From contig NW_005434644.1 of assembly GCF_000315625.1 (NCBI RefSeq), positions 62,077 through 126,076 on the forward strand: DNA of 64,000 nt, written 5' to 3'. Both the position numbers and the translations under genes were made by a program. Of the stretch, positions 12,398-23,257 are shown piece by piece; the stretch's first letter is position 1, and each line of letters begins with the position of its first letter. Source of the stretch: Guillardia theta CCMP2712 (taxonomy: Eukaryota; Protista; Cryptophyta). The notes under the pieces are model-generated. The model had not been told where the DNA came from, ran no database searches, and saw nothing but the letters and a program-made list of their open reading frames with translations.

Positions 12398-14290
12398 ATG
12401 CGGGTGTTGGAGCTCTTCAGCGGCATCGGAGGCATGCACGCAGCGATGATGGAGGCAGAGGTGAAGGCAGGAGAGGTAAGTCGAAGCACATGGTGTGACT
12501 GTTGAAGAGTTGTGGTTGCGACAAACTTTGTCATGGCGTCTGTCTGTAGAGAAGAGATGGTAGTTAGTTGATTTTTGCTGGAACGATCTCACCCTCTGGA
12601 ACCCCCCCCCTCCCCCCTCTCCCTATTCTTCAATGTACACACCAAAAAGCCACGTGTGCATGTGATGAACTGAAATTTCTTCCTCGTCTGACTCCATAAC
12701 CAGATCGTGGCGTACGACACTTCTTTGATTTGCAACAAGACTTACGAGCTAAACTTCATCCACTCCCCGGCACCACTCAACAGATGCGCTGTCAGAGCGA
12801 AACTTGTCGAACAGCTGGAAGTAGAAGACTTGGAAGGGTTCGACTTGTGGACTATGTCCCCCCCATGCCAACCATACTCGACAACAAAAGCTGCCAACCA
12901 GCGTGACGACCTTGACCCGAGGAGTCAAGGGTTGCACGTGAGTTCTAACGATCACATGATTTGACATGGCTGAATGTTACATTCTCAAGCACATCATAAA
13001 GCTTCTGTTGGATGTAAAGAATCCACCAAAGTGGATCTTGCTTGAGAATGTAAAAGGATTTCATGGATCCAAAATGCAGAACAAGTTCCTGGGGGCAATA
13101 GAACAACGTGGATTCTCGTGGCGACAATTCCTGTTGAATCCGATACAGGTCGGCATACCTAACAACCGTCTCAGGTATGACATGTTACTCCGTGCCACGT
13201 GCGATGACTGGCATTACAAGGTTTTACCTGCTCTGTGAGAGGAGCGCAAGGTTTTCTGATCGTCAGGGCGATTTGTTCACGGACGTGCCTGAGACCTCTG
13301 ACCAGTACGCGCCATCAGCTTTGAGGTCCTTCATGGTTGATAATTTCCTCTACAGGCGTGCAGAGGCAATGAATGGGGAAAGCTCAAAAGGTCGAGAAAA
13401 GTTTCTTTGTTGCTCAGATATTTTTTTTCAACAACTTGTTTGACGGTTTTCTAATGTAGAAGAGCGGAGTGTGCGGAGGCTGAGAGAATTCTTGGACGAG
13501 GAGCTCGGGCCGGTAGTCAGTGTCCTGAGATCCGAGGCCCGATGATGACATTCGACTGCCCAGGACGATCCTCAAGAGCTAGTCACTCCAGCCTCCATCC
13601 TAGAAAAGCCGTAAGCTCCTCTACCTCCCGCAGCCAGGGTGCGAGGGCTGAGACTGAGCAGGTGGGCCCGGGGCCTCTCTTATGTTGGGCAGCATGACAC
13701 GACGACTTTCTGCTTCACGGTATCCGACTGAGGGTTGACGCGATGGGAGTGACGCCCGTCCAGGGGTCCTATGGGAAGGTATACCACAAGTCATCGGGGT
13801 CGATGCTATACATGCATGCCGATCATGTACGTTAGTCGTCGGAGAGGTGGAGAAGAGAGAGAAGAGGGATACACGACTGTCTGCCCCTCTCTGCCTTCTA
13901 TCTGCCTCTCCTCATGTTCGCTGGTCAGACTGTATGACGCTCTCTCGTCTCTCGGTTCAGGCGCTAGCGGAAGTTGCCCTCGACAAGGAAGACATGACCC
14001 GCCATATTGGAAGAATCCGTTTATTTTCACCAAGGTGTTACGGGAAAAGTGAGCTTGTTCATAACAACTGAACAAGCTGCATCAGAGAGATTCTGAATCT
14101 GATGGGCTTTCCAAAGGGCTTCAAGTTTCCAGAAGGTTTGCAACACGGGGAACACTGCCTGTTCCTTCTGACTTTGCTTCAAGGGCTGACACTGCGACAC
14201 AAGTATAAACTCGTGGGCAACTCAATCAACGTGACGGTGGTTGCACTTCTCTTCAAGTTTTTGATCCCTCCGAGTAAAGACGAGCAGTGA
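12398..14290 (+). CDS. DNMT2: tRNA (cytosine-38-C5) methyltransferase, DNMT2 family
   Basis: Motif I MRVLELFSGIGG, catalytic SPPCQPY, motif VI LLENVKGF, GIPNNR.R, the DNMT2-diagnostic CFT..Y motif, RLFSPREI..LMGFP and motif X GNSINV. Confidence 0.93.
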
Positions 14291-14299
14291 CTCCCTCCC

Positions 14300-15200
14300 T
14301 CACTTCTGCTCCTGTCTCTGCACAACAGCAGCATCGTAACTCAGCATATGACGGCCCCTGCGATGCGCTTGCTTGTTCTTCAAGTCCCCATGATCGTGTT
14401 CTTTCTGCCTGTGGATTGAGTGCGCGTTGGAAATCTTTTTGTTCAGATGGTTCAACGCCATCTGATGAGTTTGCGCATGTGCTGATACAGCAGGAATGAG
14501 CAAAAGTTGCAAGAAGCGGGATCACTTGTGACTTCAAGATGTTCAATCACCTGAAGAATGCTTGAGATTCTGACTGGCGTCAAGTGCCTTGCCTACCAAC
14601 GCATCTGAGATGTCACGAAGCAAGCAGCATGTGTCTCTCACCTAAGGGCCCCTCAAGGACTTGATAGGAGAAGAAAGTCACGAGCCCGATAGTAAGAGTC
14701 ATGCACAGACAGCCTGTCAGCATTTTACTCCTGTGCTGCAGGTTCTGCCGGAAAGGGCTGACCGGCTAAGAAACGAGGGAGAAGCTGTTTCATGTCCAAC
14801 ATGTCCACACCATCCCATCTACACACCATCGTCATCTCCCCGTATCATTCAGCAGGGCTCCCTACTTTCTTGGCTCCAGCCCCGTGAACGAAAGAGCCTG
14901 GCAAGCAACAAGGTTGGTCACGGCTCGTCTCATCGCACAGCACAGAGAGGGAGCACCTGTCCTGGTTTCAACCCGTTCTTGTTCTTCCTGGACCTCTTCT
15001 TCTTCACCTGCACTTCTTTCAGCAAGGATCCCAAGGGTTCACCCCACGACGAGCCCACCGCTTCGTCGTCCGTCACTGCCTCCATCTCCTCTGCCACCTC
15101 CTGCACGCTTGTCAGCAAGTGAAATGCGGCATGCAGGACAGCTACATCATGCTCGCCCATCGCGCCATAGTCTCTGGCCATATCCAAGTCTCGGGGATCT
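14300..15200 (-). CDS. Small hypothetical single-pass membrane protein
   Basis: Spliced exons give KKKRSRKNKNGLKPGQ|ALSFTGLEPRK|WDGVDMLDMKQLLPRFLAG|CLCMTLTIGLVTFFSYQVLEGPL|DALVGKAL..HQMALNHLNKK..QEQK*. Start uncertain. Confidence 0.55.
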
Positions 15201-15867
15201 ACGACGTAAGAGAGTAAGTGAACACGTGTCTGACGAGAAGGGAGTAGAAGATGACTCTTCTCGATCGTTCTGCATGAAAGGCCTTGCAATCAGGCGGCAA
15301 CTTCTTTTCATTTTTCATCTACGTGCGCATCACGTTCATGTGCCTGTTGACCATCTATCTGGACACGAGCAATCTTCATTGCAATGTTGCTTGCTGGTGT
15401 GAATCCATCGCACTTGGTTTCCTGACACCACAACCTCTCCTACCACTATGATTTCCTTTTGCACCCCATGTTTGTCTAGGACGCATGAACAAGACTCATC
15501 ACAGTCGTTTCAACCCCCCCTCTCATCTTATGGCCAGCACGATCCTGCGATCTTGCGGTACTTCGCATGTGGCCCCGTCACATGAACCCATACTCTACAC
15601 ATCGGGATCTGGTTTGTCTCCGCTGTGATGGGTTATAATGGGCCAACCCTGCTACCTGGGACTGATCCTCCCCTCTCCCTTAGTATCTCTTTGACATTTT
15701 TCTTCCCTTTCTTCTGACTCCTCCACTTCTCACCCCTTACATATATCTATTCGCTCTATTTCGCTGAGTGTCGCTTCTCTACTCCTTCGGCCCTTTCATT
15801 CCTTGGGTCTCTTCTCTCCAACTCCTCTCCTCCTCTCCAACTCATCTCATAACGTTCTCTCCTCCTG

Positions 15868-15929
<62 letters not shown>

Positions 15930-16565
15930 CCCTCGACTCCCTGCTGCGCTCGTCTCGTCATCATTTTGCTTCATCCCGGCTTCAATGCTGGTGGGGGGTA
16001 CCAGGAATACGGGGTAGGGTATCTTTATTGGGTACAATCATAAAGATTTTGACTCTGAAAATAGGGGTAGGGGTAAACAATGCAGGGGTATCTATGATAG
16101 GTCCCTGGGTAGTTCTGAAATCGCTGAGGTAGGGGTGGGTCGGCGCGCCAGGGGGCTACGGTATGTGGGCGATGGACGGAACGAGACATGGCGGGGGAGG
16201 AAAAGGAGGAAGGAGAGGGAGAGGAGGATGAAGTATGAGAGGAGAGGAGGATGGAAGAGGGAGATGAACAGAGTGAGAGGAGGAGAGAGTGGGAGTGAGT
16301 TGAAGAATGAAGGAGATGGGAGGGGATGAGGAGGATTTCAGAGAATAGAGGAGGGAGGGACATGGTGATCTGCAGAGAAGATGAAGCTGACCAGGAAAGA
16401 TAAGATAGCAGAAGGAAAGATCAGTCTTGCAGGACGCAACTGTGAGATTTAGGAGAGGCAGAGGAGAAGAAAAAACGTAGGCGCTCCCTGCCTGTTGTCA
16501 TACCCATCCTCTCCATCTCACCTGATGTGTTTGATTAGGTACAACAGTTCGAACAGTGCGTGGCC

Positions 16566-18578
16566 ATGGCGACTATGAACATGAATATGCACCATCCGTC
16601 CATGATGATGCAGCGAGGAGAGCAAACAAACAGGTGAGCAAGACCTTGCAGCAGTGCAGTTCCTGAGATCTACCAGGACCGTCTTCGTTGGGAACATCCC
16701 GTACACTGCCAGCGAAGATCAGCTCCAGGAAGTGTTTGAGACTGCTGGCCCTGTCCTCGCTTTCAGGTGCCATGGCATGGCTGCTCCTGACGTAACTAAG
16801 TTGGCTGATGCTTGCAGACTCGTCCTCCACCCTGAGACTGGAGCGCCGAAAGGGTTTGGATTCTGCGAGTTCAGAGATGTGGAATCGGCAGAGATTGCAG
16901 TTCGGAACCTCAACAACTATGAGATGAACGGTCGACCACTGCGTGTTGACTTTGCTTCATCGATCTCGGATCAGAAGTGAGCGTTCGCTGTGTTGCCAAC
17001 GATTATCTATATTCCCAGCCGGACCTGACCTTTTGTGTGTCAGTACTGCTGGCCCGAGTTTGGCTCAGCTTGCTGGAAAAGGTTTGAAACCTTCCTCATG
17101 AAGTCTGCAATGGGATGTGTGTGACTGACTTTGCCGTACAAGATGCGTCGCAAGCTCAGCAACAGAAGATGGTCAGTGTAGAAATGCTCTGAAATATGTC
17201 TAGAGTCGATCAGCGGTAATCTGCAGTTTTCAGGGAGGGATGTTCCAAGGTGGGAAAAAGGATGCAGTTATGAATCAGATCAGCAACATGACTGCAAATC
17301 AGATGTACGTGGGCTCAAGTTAACGACTAACTGGGACCTGATTGTCTGTTGCAAGGTATGACCTTATAGCCCAGCTGAGAAACATCGTGTCGCAGAACCC
17401 TACTCAGGTCTGTCATCCCCTCTCTTGACTGTCCTAGATGTGATCGGGTTCTCTTCAGGCTAAAGAACTTTTGACTCAGAATGCGAAACTGTGCTGCGAG
17501 TTCCTCAGGATGCAGGTGAAGGCGCCTGTCCTCGTATCCTCTCCCTCTGATGTCTCATGTAGGAGAGACTTGATATGTTAGGAGGGATTCCTTTGTCCGC
17601 CCCTCCCATCCAGCCTCCTGCCCCGCCATCGCAGCCAGCCAACCCTCCAGTCCCGGTCCTCCTTGCTCGTAATGTGTCACTGAATGGTAACAGAGAGTTT
17701 GTTTGCAACAGACTCCGATGCCTGGAATGGTGCACAATGCAATGAGCGTAGATCCTCGGAGTGCTGGCCGACCAGGCATTCCCCAGCAGCAGCCGATGCC
17801 GCCTGCCCCCTATCCTGTATGCTGCCTGATCTTGAACGGCAGGGGTTGACACGCTTGTGCAGCCCCAGCACTTGAACCAGCCCATGGGCATGCAAGGGTA
17901 TCCTCCCCGTCCCAACCAGGTTTGTCCCATCTGCAGTCACTTACTCCCTTTGACTTCAAGTCTTGGTAGCCACACCCTATGGGTTTGCCCGGCCCTGTGC
18001 CCGGGGGAAGGCCGGGCCCTGTCCCTGGTGGAATGCCGGGCCCTGTCCCTGGTGGGATGCCGGGCCCCATCCCTGGTGGGATGCCTGGTCCTTTGCCGGG
18101 CGGGATGCCACCATCGATGCCAAACCAGCACATGCAGAACATGCAGGCGGTGGAGCTCAATCGCTCCTGGTGCTTGTTTCTAACTTCCCTCCAGCAGAAC
18201 ATGATGCAACCTCGGGCCCAACCGCCACCATCCGCTCAAGCTCGTCCAGACCTGAAGACGGCAAGACTTAGTCTTGATTGCTGTTTTCTCTCATGGTTCA
18301 GCTAGGTCCTTGCGAGCCTCTCAGAGGGGCAACTGCAGCAGCTGAAGCTGCTGGTACAGCTCCCTCCTCAGGTTCTGTTACCTTCCTTTGCACTTCTGCT
18401 GCCCTTACCCTTGATGGTGTAGAAATTGGATGAGTTGAAGATCTCGGATCAGCAGAAGGTAGAGCACAGCACTGCGTCCCCCATGGCTTGCTGAACCTCC
18501 TTGTAGGCACTCATCAACACGCTCCGAGTTCAGCTTGAGGAGGAAGCAAAGGGCTTGAAGAAGGCGGGAGGGAGATAA
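16566..18578 (+). CDS. CSTF2: Cleavage stimulation factor 64 kDa subunit (CstF-64/Rna15 homolog)
   Basis: RRM with VFVGNIPY and [29 protein letters not shown]; hinge ([22 protein letters not shown]); Pro/Gly/Met repeats (PGPVPGGM) and a short C-terminal helical domain. Confidence 0.9.
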
Positions 18579-18599
18579 CCGTACTGAGTAGAAAGCCGG

Positions 18600-19020
18600 T
18601 TAGTAGGCAGATTATCAAATGCCGCGCTGCCCATCAGTCTAGTTCCGTGACGGTAGTACCGTCGTTCCGTAGTATCATAGTATGATGATCATCATTGCAT
18701 CCCGGAGTCCGGGGAGTCCGGCCGTCGGATGAGATCGGCTCACAGTGTGGCCGTGACCGTCACTCGACTCTTGCCGCCGATCCGGCCATATTTCTCCTGG
18801 AGTCCCGCGCGGCCCGGGCCGTCCAATGACGGCGCCGGCCCGGGAACTTCTCAGTGAAGTACTAGCTCGGCCTTCAAGTTCGGAGCACCGTGACTGAGCC
18901 CGGCGGCGATGAACATCGATCAGTGCCGGGCGGCCCGGCGGCCCGATGCCGGCGAACTGATGTTGAGTAAAGAGACACTGATGATACTACTGTGATAGTC
19001 GGCTGAGCGTGTAATGCGGC
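18600..19020. promoter_or_regulatory. GC-rich intergenic island
   Basis: Dense CCGG/GGCC. CAAGTTCGGAGC (18875-18886) is also at 50237-50248; TTGAGTAAAGA (about 18963) is also in the motif at 40646-40679. Confidence 0.4.
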
Positions 19021-19064
19021 TCGTCACAAGCTCGAGCAGCTGGCGGCTGATGGCGTGAGGGGGA

Positions 19065-19156
19065 AGAAGCTTGAAGCAGGAAGATCAGCCAGCAGCTCCT
19101 GAGCTAGAGAAGAAGCTTGAAGCAGGAAGATCAGCCAGCAGCTCCTGAGCTAGAGA
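19065..19156 (+). repeat. Perfect 46-bp tandem duplication
   Basis: AGAAGCTTGAAGCAGGAAGATCAGCCAGCAGCTCCTGAGCTAGAGA twice. Confidence 0.95.
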
Positions 19157-19363
19157 CGCTCTTGCTGCCCTCAGACCCTCAGACCCTTCACCCCCTCCTC
19201 GTCCCTCATCGAGATTTTTATTTCACAGCGCAAGCCTCTGAGATCTTAACTCCTTCTCCTTCTCCTCCTCCTCCTCTATTTCCCCTTCTACATCCTCTCT
19301 TCCTTCGGCTCCTTCTCTGTCTCTTGTTCACACCGTTGTCTTTATCCTTCCCAACATCTCAGC

Positions 19364-20926
19364 ATGAACAACATGCTGTCTTCCAGCCATCCCCTGTCCC
19401 TCCTCTGCCTCCTTGGCATCTTCTGGCAAATACCATCTTCGCACACTCCTCCGCTCCCGTCCCCCCTCCGTGCAGTGCTTCATCTGAAGGGAGGCCATCG
19501 GCTTCCAGCCCAGCCAAGGAGCAAACTAGGGAAGAGCAGGAGGTTAAGGAGCAAGTTCGATCCAGAGAAGATGTTCGCGCAGATGAAGAACAGGTCGTTC
19601 ACAGAGGGTGACCTGCTGATGGAAGAGGACGATGCTCTCTTTCACAACCTGTACTACGGGAACCGGCACAAGGACGAGGTTCTGAAGGACATCAAGGAGT
19701 TTGAGGAGGAACACCCTGAGGTTGTTAGGGAGGAGCGGAACGTGAATCTCGACACGCTTGGGTTGCTCGCGGTGAGGCTTGTGGTTTGCTCAGCCTGTCA
19801 GCGAGGAGAGACGTCAGTTGTTCTAGCATGCATCAGCCAGATACTGTGGGTGTTGGGGAGCTTGTACTTGAGATTTTTTATGTTTGCTTGAGTGGAGTAG
19901 GTTCCCTTTGACGTTTCTGTCTTTCAGGTGGAGAAGTGGAATTATCACATCAAGAGGTACCGGCTTCCGGACTATGACGACGACGATGACGACTCCTCGA
20001 CGGCGAGGAGGGAGGCGGAGGAGGCGGAGAAGCGCCTGTACATTGACAATGACGAGACTGAGGAGGATCGGAAGCACAAAAGCCGGGTGTCTCATTTCTA
20101 CCTAGCGCAGAGTTATCAGATCGGTTATGCAGTGGATGAGATCAACCATACGAAAGCTTTCCATCACTTCCAAATGTCTGCCATGATGGACCTCCCTGAA
20201 GCCATGACGTGCCTTGGGACCTGCTTCCTTCATGGCTACGGGACAGACAAGGACGTGGCAGAGGCTGTGCGGTGGTACAGCAAGGCAGCAGAGGCTGGTT
20301 GCTCGGAGGGGATGTACAACCTTGCGCTGTGCCTGCAGGACGGGGTTGGAGTGCAGGAGAGCATAGGGATGGCGATACAGTGGATGAATCAGTCAGCAGC
20401 TGACGAGCATGTCGACGCGATGTACGTGATGGCCATGTACCACATGCAGGGAGCAGGCGCGATTGAAAAAAACGAGGAGCTGGCAAATGAAATGCTGACC
20501 AAGATCGTCGATCGGTTCGATCATCCTGCTTCTCAACTGAGGTAAGCTCGCTGAGGGCCGAGGATTGAAGAGGAGGAGGAGGAGGAGGAGGAGGAGGAGG
20601 AGGAGGAGGGAGGGAGGGAAGAGGAGGCAGGCGAAAGCAGAGTAGAAAGGGTATCAACGAGAACGAGGAAAGGAGAGGGAGAGCAAGGAGGAGGTTAAAC
20701 GGAGCACGAGTGGTGGGGGGCAGGGATGAGGAGTGAAAGAGGAAGGTGGCAGCAGAAGCTGACGTCTTGTTTCAGCCTTGCCAAGAGCTTCTTGCTGGGA
20801 CGTGGCACGGAAAGAGACGAGACGATGGCGGTCAAGCTTGCTAAGTTTGCCGCGGGGGAGGAGGAGGCGGAGAAGCTGATAAGCTCGTGGGAGAAAGAAC
20901 GGAGGGTTCTTGCTGAAGGACTGTAA
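19364..20926 (+). CDS. Sel1-like repeat protein with a predicted N-terminal signal peptide, 3 exons
   Basis: SLR repeats AMTCLGTCFLHGYGTDKDVAEAVRWYSKAAEAG, GMYNLALCLQDGVGVQES..A..W, AMYVMAMYHMQGAG..KN and SLAKSFLLGRGTERD. Confidence 0.85.
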
Positions 20927-21064
20927 AGTACTGAGCAGAGCAAGAATTGCGATGAGGAGGAGGACTGAGAGGTGAGGGAAAGGGGGAAAGTGGAATGCAA
21001 TCTAGAAAAGGAGGACACTGAAGGGAGGAGGAGGGAGGGAGGAGAACGTTCAGGTTGGCACCGT

Positions 21065-21783
21065 CTATCTTCCACCTATTATCCTCATGAAATCAGGAAC
21101 TTCTCTTAACTTGGCCGCGTCTTCCAGCCTCCAGGTGACCTTGACGGGACGAGTCTGCGAGGAGGGAACGTGGAGCTCCTGGATCCGCAGCCGCCCGAGG
21201 AAGACGTAGGGCTGATTCTTGAACCTCGCAAAGAGCAGTGTAGGAGGGATATCGTTCGCGTCCTCTTCCCCTCCTCCCTCCTCCCCTTGCTCTCCTGCTG
21301 GCTCCTCCCCTCCTCCCTCCTCCGCTTCTTGCTCCTCCCCTCCCCCTGCTGCGTGCTCGTGCCATCCGTCCTCTCCTCCTTCAGCTTTCATTTGTCGTTC
21401 CCACTCGAGGATCGTTTTCCGAAGGATGGGGGAGGAGGAGCAGAACTTGATGCTGGCGTACCACGACACCGTCTCCCCGTCTGCTGAGAAGTCGTTGTTG
21501 TACCTGCTCTCCATTCATCCCCTCGTCTTGTACCTCCTCGTCCTCGTCCTCCCTCCTCGTCTCCTCCTCGTCCTCGTTCTCGTTCTCCCTCCTCGTCCTC
21601 CTCTTCCTCGTTCTCCCTCCTCGTCCTCGTCCTCGTCTCTCCCTCCCCTCTGCATGTACAACCGTGCACCTCCTGCCTCCCTCGCCTCCCCCCTGACCTT
21701 CCATGTCCGATGTTGATCAGCAGCACCAGCGCATTTGGCCACTCCAGACAACCTGAGCTATGACGCTCGGAGCAGAGGAAACT

Positions 21784-21817
<34 letters not shown>

Positions 21818-23170
21818 GGAGGAGGAGGAGGAGGAGGAGGAGGAGGAGGAGGAGGAGGAGGAGGAGGAGGAGGAGAAGTCAGATGGTTTGACGGAAATGG
21901 GCAGGGAGGGCTTACTTGACGTCTGCCTCAGGCCCAGCAAGCTCTCGGATCTGTCATGAAATAAGAAAAGAGAGGGAGAGAAGGAAGGAAAGAGTGGGAG
22001 AGGGAGAGAAGGAGGAGGGAAAACGAGGATCCATGGATTGACTGAAGAGTTGAAAGGAGAGGAGGCGGCTAGAAAAGGAAGGAAGGAAGGAAGGTAAGTA
22101 GGCAGGTGGGTAGATAGAAAGGTAGCTAGGGAGGGAGGTCTCCTACCACCACTGACTTTCCCTTCCCCGCCAGTCTCCTCCCCAAGAGATTCTTCTCGTC
22201 AAACTCCACGAGGTTACAAACTCCTCTGTTCCTCTCCCTCCTCTCTCCTCGCTTGTGACCATCTCCTCTTCCTATCAGCCCTGCTACGCTCATGCCACCC
22301 TCCTGCTCCTCCTCCCTCCTCCTCTCTCTCTTCTTTTGCTTTCCCTTCCCGCTCTTCTTTGACGACAACCATAGTCTCCTTGCCCGCTCTGCGATCTCCG
22401 GCCCGAGCACGCGGTAGAGCAGGACGAGACACTGCGCGTCTGTAGCGGCGTATCGAATCTGAAGGACAGGAGAGAAGGATTAGGCGCGGGGGAGGAAGAG
22501 TAAAGAAGGAGTAAAGGATGGTGGAGAAGAGAAAAACGGAGGAGGAGGAGGAGGAGGAGGAGGAGGAGGAGGAGGAGGAGGAGGAGGAGGAGGAGGAGGA
22601 GAANNNNNNNNNNNNNNNNNNNNNNNNNNNNNNNNNNNNNNNNNNNNNNNNNNNNNNNNNNNNNNNNNNNNNNNNNNNNNNNNNNNNNNNNNNNNNNNNN
22701 NNNTAGAGTTTGAGTGTGGGTGGAGGGGGGAGGTGCTGATGGTGGTGGTAGTGGTGGTGGTGGAGGAGGAGGAGGAGGTGGTGGTGGTGGTGGTGATTCA
22801 AGCTTCACCTGCATTTCCTTTGACAGCGGATGTCCCAGCAGGCTCTTACAGGCTGCGCTCAGCCCGAAGTTCTGCCTGCTCAACCTCCCTGACGCCATCA
22901 CCATGTGCTAGGAGGAGAGCGTGAGAACCTAACATCGCTTCTTCCCCTCAGTCCTCCCCCTCCCCTCCCCTCCTGTCCCTCTCCTGCTCCCTGGCTCTTC
23001 CTCCTCCTCTGCTGCAGCTGCTCCACCTTGATGTCGACGAACGCATGATGGTCGTCGACGAGCCGCTGAAGTTGCTGGAGGAAGAGGAGGCGAGGAAAAC
23101 TTGACAGCAGCATCTTCATGTCCATCTCGAAGCTGAACCCCAGCTGAACTCCAGCAAGTCACCACCACCA

Positions 23171-23257
<87 letters not shown>

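Noticed and set aside
12398-14290. DNA methyltransferase of a restriction or TE-defence system
   Set aside because: The CFT motif and compact size mark it as DNMT2, a tRNA methyltransferase; no partner nuclease nearby.
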